A stretch of 62,512 bases of DNA, the filler included, from Bipalium vagum (lineage: Eukaryota), in assembly GCA_037834085.1 (NCBI GenBank). It is 3 parts of 3 records of this genome, joined end to end, with 100 filler letters (N's around TTAATTAATTAA, not from the genome) between each part and the next. Parts side by side here need not be neighbours in the genome. Positions count along the whole stretch, not along the records: positions 46,014 to 62,512 come from JBBMKC010108302.1; 2 more parts are not named here. One strand, given 5' to 3'. Of the stretch, positions 48,663 through 62,450 are shown one piece after another. A program made the translations under genes and the position numbers. Numbering within the stretch: the stretch's first letter is position 1; each line of letters starts with the position of its first letter. The notes beneath the pieces are model-generated. The model worked only from the letters and a program-made list of their open reading frames with translations. It searched no databases and had not been told where the DNA came from.

Positions 48663-49406
48663 TTACAAAGATGGGAAATCATCCTCTAAGTTGTATGCTG
48701 GTTTTTCAACAACTTTTTCAACGGGTTTTTTAAATGGCTGTCTATTTTGTTGAGGTTTGTTGGATTGGGGTCTGTCGAAGTTTCGGTTTGGTCGGTTGAC
48801 ACTGTTAAATCGAACTTTGATTAATTCGGTTTTTTCTTGAGTTTCAACTTTTTCAGCAACAGCATAACCATTTTGCTTTTTCCATTCGGACAGAGTCATT
48901 TCTTTGGGACCCTCGACTTCTGGTTCTACAGGTGTAGTCTCAGCAGCAACTTCTTCGACAACTTCTTCAACCTTTTCTTCCTTAACAACTTCAGGTTTTG
49001 GCTCTTCGTTTTCCTTGGTTTCGGTCTTCACCTTTCTCTCGCCGCTGAATTTTCTTTCTCCATTGAATTTTCTCTCACCATTGAACTTTCGCTCACCATT
49101 GAATTTTCTTTCACCATTGAAACGTTTTTCAACATTTTTTACCTCACCATTTTCATTTTTCTTATTATTAAATCGTTTTTCTCCATTGAACTTCTGGTTT
49201 TTGACAGCTTTAGCTTCTTTAGCTTTCTCAAGTTCTTTTTGTTTAGCAATAGCTAACAAACGTTCCTTTTTAGCGTTTTCTTCTTCCATTGTCTTCTGTT
49301 TGTGAGCATCTTGGATTTTTTTTTGAATGAGATGTTGAGAATCTAAATCCTCAAACTCATCATCCATCAAAATCGAATACTTTGAAACCGATCTAAGGTC
49401 AGCCAT
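48663..49406 (-). CDS. SERBP1/HABP4/Vig/Stm1-like RNA-binding (ribosome-hibernation family) protein, divergent, 247 aa
   Basis: Intronless ORF with N-terminal KYSILMDDE, EGPKEMTLSEWKK and terminal DDFPSL, the hallmark motifs of the family. Confidence 0.8.
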   Translation of the reverse strand: MADLRSVSKYSILMDDEFEDLDSQHLIQKKIQDAHKQKTMEEENAKKERLLAIAKQKELEKAKEAKAVKNQKFNGEKRFNNKKNENGEVKNVEKRFNGERKFNGERKFNGERKFNGERKFSGERKVKTETKENEEPKPEVVKEEKVEEVVEEVAAETTPVEPEVEGPKEMTLSEWKKQNGYAVAEKVETQEKTELIKVRFNSVNRPNRNFDRPQSNKPQQNRQPFKKPVEKVVEKPAYNLEDDFPSL

Positions 49407-51082
49407 TATCTAAAGACAACATTAAAACCTGTATGCATAATAGAAAGAAAACATGCCTTAAGTTTAAATAATTTATATTAATTTAGTTTTAAAACAAATA
49501 ATATCATTATTTCCATTTTATAAATTATAAATTATTAAAAAAGAATTTAAATGAATTAATATGTAAATCATAAAGTATTTACGATAATTTACAAAAATAA
49601 ATTTCCAGAAAAATTATTATGTATATTTTAAGATATAAAATTTAAGAGATATTTTGAGTTACTAATTAATAGTTAAATTAATTATTTCTAATTACCTTTA
49701 ATTATTCCGCTAATTTAAATTATAAGAAAAAAAGAAAATTATTCGATTTTCTACTTAAGTATTTTTAATATTCATTATCTTAGATAATTTAATATGAATA
49801 GCTCAAATAATAAATTTAATTAAATTAAATATTATTTTTTAAAATTAATTAATGACCATAATATTTATAGATTAAATAAGTAAATATTTTTCTGATTAAT
49901 TGATTAATTGATTAACATTAATTTTATAACTATTTTTTTTATTCTTATTAAAGGCTAATTAATATTGTACTTTCAAAAGTTTACATAACGAATAATAACT
50001 TGGTATTCAGAATGAGAAAATTTGATAGGCTTTCCAGAGTATGATATATTTTGAGATGAAACATTAAATTGATATATTTTAAAAAATATTTATATTTAAA
50101 AATGTTACTATTATTAATAATTTAGCATCATTTATGAATTATAATATCTTCAAAATTATTTTCCTTTTAATTATTATTATTGTTTATGCTAATTTCATAA
50201 ATTTTTTCATTAGGGAGCTGGAGAGAGAAAACTTATGTTTCGACTACGAGGCTCGAATCTAATTAAAATCATTAAAATCTAATTATTATTATTTATTTTA
50301 CAAAAAAATATTTTTCATAACTTATCATTATCTTAAAAATTCTTTTGTGAAATGGTTATAATAATTTAGATTTTCTTGTCATATTGAATATTTTGGTTTC
50401 AAAAAAACGAGACTAGCAAATGGATTATTATCAAAACTCAGGAAAAAATGAAAATGATTAGCCCATTGAAAACAATAAATGATAAATGGATGTAAATCGA
50501 ATGACAACAATACGAATATTTCACGAAATTAAGTGTTCGAATATAGCCAATCAAAATAACAGAAAAAGCACTGTCTAAGAATAACTGATATGCACGACAT
50601 TATGTGTGTGTGTATATAAATGATTTTAAACCATTATTTTTTTGTGTACCGATAAGCATGCCATGGTTTTCACAGAAATACAGTAACACATCATCCGGGA
50701 CGGAAATTTTCATCGATTTGTGCAGAAACACACACGCGGTTCATGTAGTGCATGTATGTTGGTGTGTATTTGTTTCAGCGACCTATGGACACATCGTGGA
50801 TTCTTGAAATCATTTTACCTATCATTTTATTTTATTCTACTCTCCCACCGCCCATTATTCTATTTAAATCCAAAGGAGAAATATTCTATTTCCTCCTTAT
50901 CGTTTACCTCTTTCGGATTTATTTATTTAACACAAGAACGAAACGGTAAAATTTTGATTTCCATTTTCAAAATTGTGAAGTTGTGCAGAAATAATTAGAG
51001 AAATAACTTATTGTTGTTAATTGTATTTTGCCAAACTATTCCATGTCCGTTCTCGAATTTCATCAATTATCTTAAGATTAAA

Positions 51083-54000
51083 ATGTCAGTTATAGAAGGT
51101 GGCCGATTCGATTTTGATGATGGTGGAAGTTATGTTGGAGAATGGTGTGATGGTCGAGCACATGGTTTGGGAGTAGCAACAGGACCAGACAATCAGGGAG
51201 AATTTTCCGGAGAGTGGGTCATGGGATTTGAAAGTCGTGGCATATACGTTTGGCCGAGTGGTAGCATATACGCGGGTGGATGGATGAAAGGTAAACGACA
51301 TGGAGAAGGTGTTCAAATGAAAGGAAAATGGGTTTACAAGGGTGAATTTACGACGGGATTCTGTGGACGATATGGTGTCAAAGAATCACTGTGCAGTACT
51401 TCTAAATACGAAGGAAGTTGGCATTTGAATCTGTTTGATGGTTTCGGAGTTGAAACCAATGCCGACGGAAGTAAATAAATTAAATTGATACCGTTTTTTC
51501 AATCACATTTTTTAAAAATAAATTCCAATATTTAAAATTATTTATTATCCTTATTATAATCAGAAATCTACAAATGATATAATCGTAGGAAATAATACCT
51601 GTTTCTTGCAGGTACGTACTATGGGGCTTGGTCAAAAGGTATCAGACAAGGACTTGGTGTGCGTAAATCTGCTCCTTATCACAAAGCCGCTACTCACAAA
51701 GATCCTTCATCCGTTCGTGCAGCGTCATCACAGAATAGTCTGCTGTCAGCAAATGAATCAGAACGTCAACAAATTCCCGAAGATGTTCGTCGACCGATCG
51801 ATCATCGAAGCGGTTTTGTATTGATTGGAGCAAATAACAATACAATCATTAATGAAAATAAAGAGAAAAAACCAAGCTTTCGGAAATCATTATTTCGTAA
51901 ACTGCGAAAACAAAAATCAACGGGAGACTTGCGCAGTGCTCGTATGGGGGGTTCTTTGAGATCGACATTAAGCTCAAATAGTGCAGTTAGCCAAGTAACG
52001 AATCATTCGCTTCCTGAATCGCTTGGAATACAAAACCAAATGATTGGTGATCAAAACGCTATTGAAACATATTCTGGTCAATGGAAGGAAGACAAACGAT
52101 CCGGTTATGGTGTGGCTGAAAGAACTGATGGATTGAAATATGTAGGTGAATGGCATAATAATAAAAAAGATGGATATGGTGTTACTCATTTTTCTGATGG
52201 TACAAAAGAAGAAGGAAGATATAAAGAAAATACGTTAGTACAAGCTTTACAAAAAAGGCATAAAATATTTGCTCTACGACATTCTCGTTTGAAAGACAGT
52301 ATTGAAGAAGCCGTAAAAAATGCGATGGATGCATCTCTAGATGCTAAAGAAAGAGCAATGGAAACTTCTATTCAAAGGTAATAATAAATATGAAAATCAC
52401 ATTGAGGTTTTTGTGATTCTTTTTCTTAATAATCTTTAAGAAGGAAATTAAAAATAAGTATATGAAATATTTCATAAATTTGACTCAATGTATTAGGGTA
52501 GTGGTGTCCAAAGATTTTGGTTCACCGCCCAATTATGGAAATTGATAACTATTTGTTGGATTTTTATGTAGGAAAAATCAAATTTTCAAATTTTAAGTGA
52601 TTAGGTTGTCTCAAAATTTCCACAACAGTTAAATAAAAATTATATTTCTTTGTGAAATATGATTATAACATCAAGAATAATTCCTCAATTGACTATCAAT
52701 AAATCGATAAAAATTTATATTTTTTGTTAAATAGGATTATACAAATCTCAACATTATATCTCAAATGGCTGTCATTAAATTTAAACTTCGAGTTTTAAGA
52801 CATTATTGTTGAAAGCGAGGACATAGAACAAAAGAGGTGCTGCAATGCAATCTTTTAAACTTGAAAAAACAGTAATTATTCAGTAATGTTGAAGTTGCAT
52901 TGTACCATTCAAATCGCTACCTTCACCGATGACAGAAAAGTAAAATGCATCATCCCATTGGTAAATGTTCCAAACGGACTGCTATTCAGATCTTGTTTCC
53001 TTTTTCTTATATGTATACTTGAAACAGTGTTCTTAAACAAATTAACACCTTAGTACATCACATATCTCCGGACATAATCTTCATCCTACTTCCTCCATGC
53101 AATTTTTGTTCTGAGACTTTCTTGAAAAATAATTGCTGCGCTTTCGATTTGTTAACTTCCTCTTTGTAAATCATTTGTAACTTGTTCATAACGACCTTAG
53201 TGTTTTTTCAAAAAGATGACAAAGATTGTTTTCATTCTAAGCCGAAACCTATTTTTTTGAAACCATTGGGCCACTAAGAATCAGTCTACGGTCAGTTTTA
53301 GACCGTGATTTGATATTTACCAGATAATTTATGTCAAGTATCTATCTTATGTACCCTTCTAAATGGTTTCATTTGTACAACTGAATGGAGTCATATTGAC
53401 TAGCATGGGTTTAATTAATTTTCTCGTCTATGAAATTCTGAATTATGGAACACATACTTGTACAATAGGTTCATATCATGTGTATATGTTGGTTGTGATT
53501 AAAAATTTTTCGAGCTATTCGATGAAATTCTTGGTAATATCAACTGTAGTGGGGTGACCTTTATCATATATGATTTTTAGTCTTCTACATGTGTCTTGAT
53601 GCAATTAGTTCTAAAAATTCAAGATATTGTTAACTGTTAATCGTTTCAAGGCATTCTGAAACGCTAAAACAAAAATTATTATATAAATCAAGACAATAAT
53701 GAATTTTTTCTGAAATGTTTCCTTTGTAAAATTTTGATTGATCATCATCAATTTATACCCAGCATTTGTAATTCTTCCTTGAATATAACTGACCAACATA
53801 AACCTATTTTTCATCAATAACAGAAATATCATTTATTATACTATAAGTGTTATTTTCCATCTTTGACTATTTTTTTCATTTGTTCCGCTGTTAGTATATG
53901 GTGGACTCACATTGTATAGACTAATCGAAAATCTAGTTTTCTTGATAATATCCTATAAACAACGCTTTTTATAATTTTCAAAACATTTTGTATTTCTTAG

Positions 54001-57000
54001 ATAATGTCTTGTTCTCATTAACAAGTTTCTTTATCCTTTGCTCACTTCCATTAATGGTTTTTTTTAATGTTGCCAGTTTGATTTTTCTTTTCCGCCAACT
54101 TCGATCATTTACGAGGTATCACGTGGATATTTATTATTAATGCTTAATATTTTCTCTTCAAAGTATGAATTATTTAGGTAATGATGAATTTCCGTGGGTG
54201 TAAAATTATTTTTGGTTAACAAAACAAAGAAATTTAAATTATCGGCGGTTGAGTACATTTTCATTAGTCGATATATTAACATTGATTTATAAATACTAAA
54301 ATAATTTGAAGCGTAAATGATAAAAAAATATTGACTATAAGAAGAATTTTTCTGATATTCTACATTATCTTTCCGGATCTCTATCAAGCAGTTTGTCTGA
54401 AAATAACTTTAAGGATGGTGTTTATCTGTAAAATTGGATTGAATATTTGTTTTATTAAAAAGTCTGTTGATTAAAAAGATCCTTGAATGCTGGAAGTAAA
54501 TTACAAACAATAACGGATAGTACATAATATAAAAAATAATTTTTTTTGTTATTATTATAAATATGTACTGTGTTTAAATGTATGTACTTTATTATATTTA
54601 CCATTTTGTTTAAATTGACATTTTAAAGCATTAAACAAATAAAAGTTTTTCTTAGAATGGAGTTCATAAAGTAAAACCAAAAAATATTTCCACCTTTTAA
54701 ATAATTTTGGTTTTGCCAAACTTTATTTTTCAGAGAATTTTTTAATTGAATAATAAGAATTATTTTATTGTATCCCTTGCAATATCTAGGCTCTTGAAAT
54801 CTTTACTAGTTTTTTTTCCAGGGATGAATTTATTTTGTCTTCCTTACTACAATAGTTATGCATTTCTATCTAACGAATGCACACATGGTTAGTTTCAACT
54901 GAAAATTAAACAACTGCAGTAATTGGTCCAGCAGTCAATGTGTTAAATTCTTAATAGTTATAAGCTGGGAAATAAAATCTGAAGACTAGGATGATTATTT
55001 TAATAGTAGTATATTGTTTCTTTGAATGTTTTACATAGTTTTCCATGATATTTAAAAACTTGATGTACTTTCAGGGGTTATCAATTCACATTTAGTAATT
55101 ATTTTCCACTGGACTCACTGAAACTCAGTTTTTATTAGACTTTATAACTATATGTCATCTTTCCCTGGTGTAATAATTTTCTTTTGGAATAAACTTTTAA
55201 AATTGTAGCATTTATCAATTTTAACAATCTTTCTGACATACTCTTCTGTCCAACTTAAGACTGTACATCTATATTTAAGTAACCCCTTTGTTATTGTTGA
55301 AGAATGACGTATTAATTTTTTGTTAACTCATTTGTCTTCAAACCTTTCAAAAGAGCAAGATTTACAGATTGGTTAAAATCAGACTTATGATGAATAAACA
55401 GATGAATATTATTTTTGAGTTCTTTCACTTTAAATAAAAATTATTAAAGATATTTAATAAAATTAAACCCAGATCGAGCAAAATAATCATTTATCTTTAA
55501 ATACGATAATATTAAATAATAATAATAATAAGAGAAAAAAAAATTAAAAAAAAACAAAACAAATAAATGCCTAATTTTAGGTTAATCCTTAGTTATTAAA
55601 TACTTCTATGGACCGATATGAAGCTGAAGACTCAATTTTTAAGCAATATTTATCCTTTGATAGTTTATATAAGACCCCAAAATATGAGGATCCCTATACA
55701 CTTTTCTCTTGTAAAATATTTGGGATGGGTTTCTTTTTCTTGTCTTATTAAATTATTTGTTTATTTTTTATAATGTAAAATATACTTCTTTTTTTAAATT
55801 TAACCATTTCTCAGTAGGTCCTGGGTTCTCTATCAGAAAAAAGATCATTCTTTGATATTTTTAAAATTATTAGTCAATTGAAAAANNNNNNNNNNNNNNN
55901 NNNNNNNNNNNNNNNNNNNNNNNNNNNNNNNNNNNNNNNNNNNNNNNNNNNNNNNNNNNNNNNNNNNNNNNNNNNNNNNNNNNNNNNNNNNNNNNNNNNN
56001 NNNNNNNNNNNNNNNNNNNNNNNNNNNNNNNNNNNNNNNNNNNNNNNNNNNNNNNNNNNNNNNNNNNNNNNNNNNNNNNNNNNNNNNNNNNNNNNNNNNN
56101 NNNNNNNNNNNAATAAATTATAAATAAATAAATTATAAATAAATAAATTATAAATAAATAAATTATAAATAAATAAATTATAAATAAATAAATTATAAAT
56201 AAATAAATTATAAATAAAAAAAAATTATGAATAATTAAATTATAAATGAATAAATAATGATGCATTCTTTCGATAATGAAATATTAATTATTAAGCAGAT
56301 TAAAAACGAATTGGGGTTTTTTACTTTAAACTTTTTAAAAATATAATATTTCAAGTGAAACAAAACTTTATTAATCAAAATATAAGCCATTCGATTTAAT
56401 ACATTTCGTCCAACTAGATTTAAGTTTTTTATGCCAATAACGTAAAATTCCAGAGTTCTGGAAGCGATGAAATCATTGAATGCATTTTTGGAGGTCTCTT
56501 GGTTTCTGAAATATCTATCTCGTAAGAAGTGGTCCAAATGTTTAAAGAAACGGAAATCAGTTGGCGAAAGGTCTTGTGAGTATGCTGGATGCGACATGAT
56601 TTCGTAGCAAAACCTGTTCAATTTTTCGACGTGCTTTTTATCCGGTCCTTTTCAATTTTCTGACAGTACATCTTTGCCGTAATTTTTTTGCCTGGATTCA
56701 AGAAGCTGTGATGAATTAGACTGGACGCAGATCACAAACAGTCACCACAAGTTTCTTTTGGTGTAACTTCAACTTTACAAAATGTTGAGGGGCTTGATCA
56801 CTATCCAACCATTGAGCTGACCACTGTCGACTGTCGTAGTTTCACTGTTATAACAATTATTCTTATACAAAGATTATTATGAAACAATTTTAAAAATAAA
56901 TGACACAAATAATGAATCTTTTAAAAACTATTTTAATTGAATTTATTCTGTGTTAATTTTCTTCGAAAGAACAGGAAACAATTTTGAATTATTACTATAA

Positions 57001-57776
57001 AATGTCTTCAAATTTGTTTTAGGTAACCTTTATTTTTCATGACAAAAACCTGTTTTCTACAATAATTTGCATATTTTTCTATTTTACACATGTCCACGTT
57101 ATTAATAACAGTAAGAATGGTTAAAGGCACAATATAAAAGAATTTATTAAAATTTTAAAACCACGTTACTTAGAATGAAGCTAAGTTCTAACAATTTTTA
57201 GTTCAATAATTGCTACATTTTACATACATTTTGCTTACATGAGTTAATGTAATAATAATATGAATAATAATAAAATAATAATTTATTATAATACTTAATA
57301 ATTATTCATAAAGAGATGTATTGAATAGTATGAAAAAAATATTTTCTAAATTCTAGTGCAAAATGAAAGTCTCAGAGTTTCGGTATAAATATATCGAAAA
57401 TCTTTTGTAGAAAAATACTGAATGGTTTTTGTTATTAGAAAATTATTATGAGAGTTATTATTTTAACAAAAAAATAATATAAAATTAAAAAGACAAATAA
57501 AACAAATTCAATCAGCCGGAAAAAGCAACATGAGAGATAGCTTACTAAAGGAAATAGTACAAAAAACATTTTGATAAAAAAATTCTTATTGATTAATTTT
57601 CTAAAAATAAATTATTATTATTATTTTTATTATTATTTAATGATTATTTATACATAGAGCTCAGAGTGCTAGAAATAGTGCAGAAATTGCTGAAACCAAG
57701 GCAAAAGAAGCACATACACTTTCAAACCATGCACGCGAAGTAGCTAAAGAATTTGCACCGGACTTTCTTCAAATAG
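51083..57776 (+). CDS. JPH: junctophilin (MORN repeats), 5' three coding exons; continues beyond the window
   Basis: Exons 51083-51470, 51612-52377, 57658-57776; [15 protein letters not shown], six plus two MORN repeats, [16 protein letters not shown], helical region ending [14 protein letters not shown](IG). Confidence 0.95.
52850..53640 (-). mobile_element. heavily decayed gypsy-like integrase remnant in JPH intron
   Basis: KIIYDKGHP...IVQVCVP...KPM..MTPF resembles the HHCC region; many stops. Confidence 0.35.
55886..56111. other. assembly gap (plain Ns)
   Basis: N run. Confidence 0.99.
56112..56217. repeat. 15-nt tandem repeat (AATTATAAATAAATA)n abutting the gap
   Basis: ~7 visible units. 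Confidence 0.92.
56290..56830 (-). mobile_element. mariner 3' remnant
   Basis: [37 protein letters not shown]. Confidence 0.88.
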
Positions 57777-58189
57777 GTATTTTATTTTTTTTATAAATAA
57801 TCAATATAAATAATCTGTAATGTCAATATATATAGCAGTTGACATAATTTAATGAGTGCCTATGGCGGCCGATAGTAATGGCTCCTGGCTCTTTAATATA
57901 ATGAACAAAAGACGAATGGCGGTGAATAAAATAGTTCAGTCTGATAACAGACTACAAAATTAGTTCTAGAAATTGTTTTTTTTTATCATAAATCTTATTT
58001 GATTTCCCATTGATGATAATTTCGGAGGAAAACAGATTGAAAGTGTTCATAAAAGTACAACAATTTTATTATTTTTATTGTTAAATTAACAATATACTCC
58101 TTTGACCACTATACTTATTTCAATGAAGAGCTCCAGGAACAGAACCATGTACCCCGTTTTTTTATTGATCCACCAACAATATTTTAAAA

Positions 58190-59100
58190 GTTATGATTTA
58201 ATTTATTAGGTCTGATAATAAATATTTTAACCAAAATTCAAAATTATTTTTAAAAAACATGACATAAAATTCTCCGTTAACGTAGTCATCTTTGTAATTG
58301 ATCACTTTGATGAATTCCGTCTCGAAAAAATTTTGGCTGCTTACAGGCGATGAAATTGTCAAACTATTTTCTGATTTCATCAAATGATTTGAAATCTGTA
58401 TCACATAAGATGTTATGCATTGACCAGAATAAAAGAAAATTATTTGGGGCAATGTTTGGTAAATAGACCGGGTTCTCCATAATTTCCTCGCCAAGCTTCG
58501 TTATGGTTTTCTTGGTTTTTTAAACAATATGCGACTTTCAGTTGTCATGTAACAATTTAACAGGACGTTTTCTATTTGCTAGAATACGGAAGTTTCAATT
58601 CCAGATTTTGACTCAATTTGAATAATTGATCTGGATAGTAATCGATAGTAACTTTCACCAGTTTCCAACAACTTGTAATATAGCACTCCATTTATTTCCC
58701 ACCAGATACATTACCTTATGTCCAAAACGATTAGGATTTACGGCTGATTTTGATGGTTGTCTAAGGTTTATATATGACCTCCTAGGTCTCATATTGCCAA
58801 AATAGATCCATTTTTGGTCTCCTGTAAAAACTTTCTACAAAAACGTCTTTTTACGGTCACTATTGAGACGTGAAAGACAATTCCGAGTATTGATTTTTGT
58901 TGGATTGGCTTAGATTATGTGGGACCTACTTTTCTCCTTTTTGGATTTTGCTCATCTCATGCAAATGATTGGAATACTGCAATTTCTGATAGGAGTTGCT
59001 CCAGATCTTCATTGATGCATTGATGTTTTTGCATTGTTGAAATTTTTAAAAGTGTTTCTACAGATTGTGCATCTTATCTGTTTTCTTAAAGACATCGCGA
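58190..59100 (-). mobile_element. mariner remnant
   Basis: GKVGPT, TGDQKWIYF, CIWWEINGVLYYKLLE, LLHDN, KDDY. Confidence 0.85.
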
Positions 59101-59559
59101 GAAGGAAATTTGTTAGTTTTTGCTTTATTATTTTTGTATTTATTTGCCATTTGATTATTTGTTCAGAAAATCAATTTTAAATTTATTTGTTAAAACAATT
59201 GCAATACTTTCATTATATAATAAAAATTTAGATTAATGGACCTAAAAAATTTGATATTTTCAGAAATAGTCATTAATTAATTAATTTTGTCTTATTATTT
59301 TGGTAAAAAGAGAAATAAAATCATTGGAAAAAATGTCTGGTCAATTTAGAAATGGTATAAAAGCAAGCATTTCCTTAAAAGTTATGACTTCAGTTTTTAT
59401 TATCGATTTTAAAAGGAAAATTAAAATTTTTGGAATTTTTATTTAGGTTAAGTTGATTTTTTTGAGATTATTTACATTATTCCATAAATTTTCATTTATA
59501 TATTAAATATAAACAGCTGAAATTTTGTTATTCCTTATAAAAAATTTTCCAGTTTTTGA

Positions 59560-60250
59560 GAATTGAACAAATCTTTACCTTTTCCTTAATTAGCAGCTGT
59601 CGCTAACCAGCCCTTCAGATAACTCAAATTATGAATATTTTTAACTTCTTTGACGGTAAATAATTCTACGACCTTTCATTTCAGACCAGTGTTCAATTCA
59701 CAGGTTAAAGTTCAAATATCTTTTGACACCATTTTTCTGTCACTCATAAGCCATATCGCAACTCATAAATGTTTTTGAACCAATCTCTATTGGTATTCCG
59801 AAAATCTTGTACGAGTGACTCTTTTGATCTTTAGATTGTTCCAACCCCATCCTCATTTTTTCATTTTACAAAATAAAAATAAGAAAAACAAAAAAATGTC
59901 ATAAACTGTGATTGTTTTTATTCGTTTTAAGTTGATTCAGTAAGTATCTGACCATAAAAATAAACCTTCATTCTAACAAATTTATATTTGAAATGTAAAC
60001 AAACAACAGATAGAAGCGTCATTTCTCAACGGAGCTTCCATTTCAAAAGAAATCCAAAGTTGTCCAAGGGTTTCTGAAAGTGATCTGGAACACTTTTTGA
60101 AAAATAGATGTGACGTTTATTTCAACTCTTTCCGATTTTTAATTTTCTATCCACACAAAAGATGTTTAAAATGACTGAAAACACAGAAATCGTTTGAAGT
60201 GAGACCAGAGCTGTACACTGGATATGGTGCAAATGTTAAATAAGAGATAT
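59560..60250 (-). mobile_element. mariner fragments
   Basis: PYPVYSSGLTSNDFCVFSHFKH at ~60230-60160 and an HTH-like scrap at 59600-59860. Confidence 0.6.
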
Positions 60251-61090
60251 TATTTTGTCTTGCAAGTATCAAGTCTGAATATTTCTAAACTTTTGTAATT
60301 TAATTCTAGCTATTTTGATTTGGTTACAATTGCAGTTAGATATGTTTATCTGTCAAATCACGCGCTATTCTTCCACGGACCCAAAATGCAGACAATACCA
60401 TCGGACACTCAAGAGTTTTGCAACATTTTCCTAAGACGTTATAATCTGGAAATTCACACTCATTTGAGAATCCCTTTTACTATAGCAGGAAGGGTGTTGT
60501 GAGGTTTACAATAAGCGAAGTTTATACTAATAAGTGAATACTAACAGAATCGAATCAAATTTATCACAATAACTCTTAAAAGCTTAACAATTCTTTTTGC
60601 ACTATGTATTATTTGACATCTTTTTATTTCATGAAACAATTTTTGAGCCCAATTCCTTTGTAGCACTGTAATATTTCCCAGAGGAGACCTCATCAAAATT
60701 ATTCGGCTCTCTATCACATTTTTTGTGCTCCATTTGTGCTCTATTACATTTATTTATGATTGTCAATCATTAAATTATCATTTATTAAATGGGTTATTTT
60801 TCTTAAGTTAATTTTTGTGATTAATGATAACTTTATCAGTGAAAAGTTACCATTTTCTTTATTTAAATAAAGGATTAAAAAATATAAATGATTTAGATTT
60901 GACAAATTATTATTCTGATCTTCTTCCTTTGACGGTCTTCATATCGATTTTCTTTATCGAATTTTGAATTTTAACTTGTGGGATGTGGTTTCAAACGATT
61001 TTTATCAACCATTGATATAGCCCGAAAATCGAGAATAAAATGAGCCTTAGTAATATTTGGGTGATTTTGCTTTGCGGTCTTCATAATATA

Positions 61091-62191
61091 CAATAGAGGT
61101 GGAATTAATCGGGACACTAAAATTAAATTGGTTTGTAGTATTTTTTTATTAGGTATTTCAATATTTGTTTTTATTTGTTGATTGGTTTAATTATTTGTAT
61201 TTTTAAAAATCTATAATTAAAATACAATTTCAAATTTTATACCTACTAATCTTGAATTTCTTTGAAAAATGGATACTACATTAGAAAAAAGTGTTGAAGT
61301 AAAACCTTTGTTAGATGCTGGCTTATCATAAAGGGATACTTTACAAGCAAACTGGATCCATAAAAGTTCGACGAAAAGAGAAATGCAGAAAATTCAGACC
61401 AAATTAGAAAAATAATTCGAGATAGCAAAGAAAATCCTTAGTGAACAGTTAAAGAACTTATAGTTAATAATCTAAGGTTTTTCATCATTTCTAGAAGGTG
61501 CGTATTAAAGCACGCCTAGAATGACGTATTAATTAAAAAAGGTCGCCTATGCCCCAAACCCCTCATAAACAGATGAATGGCTTACTAACAAACATGTAAT
61601 ACAAACAGTCAAATTTCCTTTGAAAGTTATGTTTTGGTTTTGCGTGTCGGGGTATGATTCTGGAAGCATATGTGTAGTAGAAGGTACAATGAATGCAGCT
61701 CAGTATTGCAAAATATAGGAAACTTTCAGTTAATTGATCAACCTAAAAATTGGTATAGTGATGTCAACGAATTTATCAATAAGATGGCACACCCTGTTAT
61801 AGTGCAAAAATCACAATGACATGTCATAATAAAAATAAAATTATTCTTGTACCTTGAGCTGCATCATCGCCTGGCATCAATCCCATCTAAAATATGTGGT
61901 CCATTATAAAGAAAAAGGTCTGTAATCCCAATACTACAACAAAAAACGATTTAATAACTTCTGCCCTCAAGGTTTAGAGGACAGATCCTGAAATTGGTGA
62001 TTTATATACAAAGTATGTCCCGTAGAATCATTGCTTTAATCAGTTCTAAAAGTCAACATACTTCATATTAACATTATCAAAAACATAATTACATATTTAT
62101 CCGCTTGTTATTTGTAAATAATGTTGATTGTATTTGTAAATTTAATAAGATGATACATAAAATATTGTCCAGATTAATTTCGCCTCTATTG
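61091..62191 (+). mobile_element. Tc1-like element, internally deleted, both TIRs present
   Basis: TA-flanked 26-nt TIRs CAATAGAGGTGGAATTAATCGGGACA / TGTCCAGATTAATTTCGCCTCTATTG; QTVKFPLKVMFW, EGTMNAAQY, QDGTPCY, SPGINPI*NMW, SMSRRI. Confidence 0.9.
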
Positions 62192-62448
62192 TAATTTTAA
62201 ATAATCACTTATGTAAAACAATTTAACCATATCAAAATAAACATATGTAACAACACTTTTTAATGTATTAGTGCATACATAAACTACATTTTTGTATATT
62301 TTCTTTATTTTCATACATTTATCATACTAATCTGGTATTTACTATCATAAGTGACAAGAATAATTTATTATTTTGATTTTCGACCAACTTATTTTTGTCA
62401 GGATAAATAATTAACATCGATAATCAGGTCCAATATAATGAGGTTTTA

Positions 62449-62450
<2 letters not shown>

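Noticed and set aside
48837-49305. Plus-strand ORFs of 133-139 aa
   Set aside because: Antisense shadows of the repetitive, purine-biased SERBP1-like CDS.
55870-56265. ORFs with IIYLF repeats spanning Ns
   Set aside because: Artefact of a 15-nt tandem repeat and an assembly gap.
60930-60960. GACGGTCTT..ATCGA resembling the planarian spliced leader
   Set aside because: Short partial match only; no terminal ATG|GT donor or Sm site.
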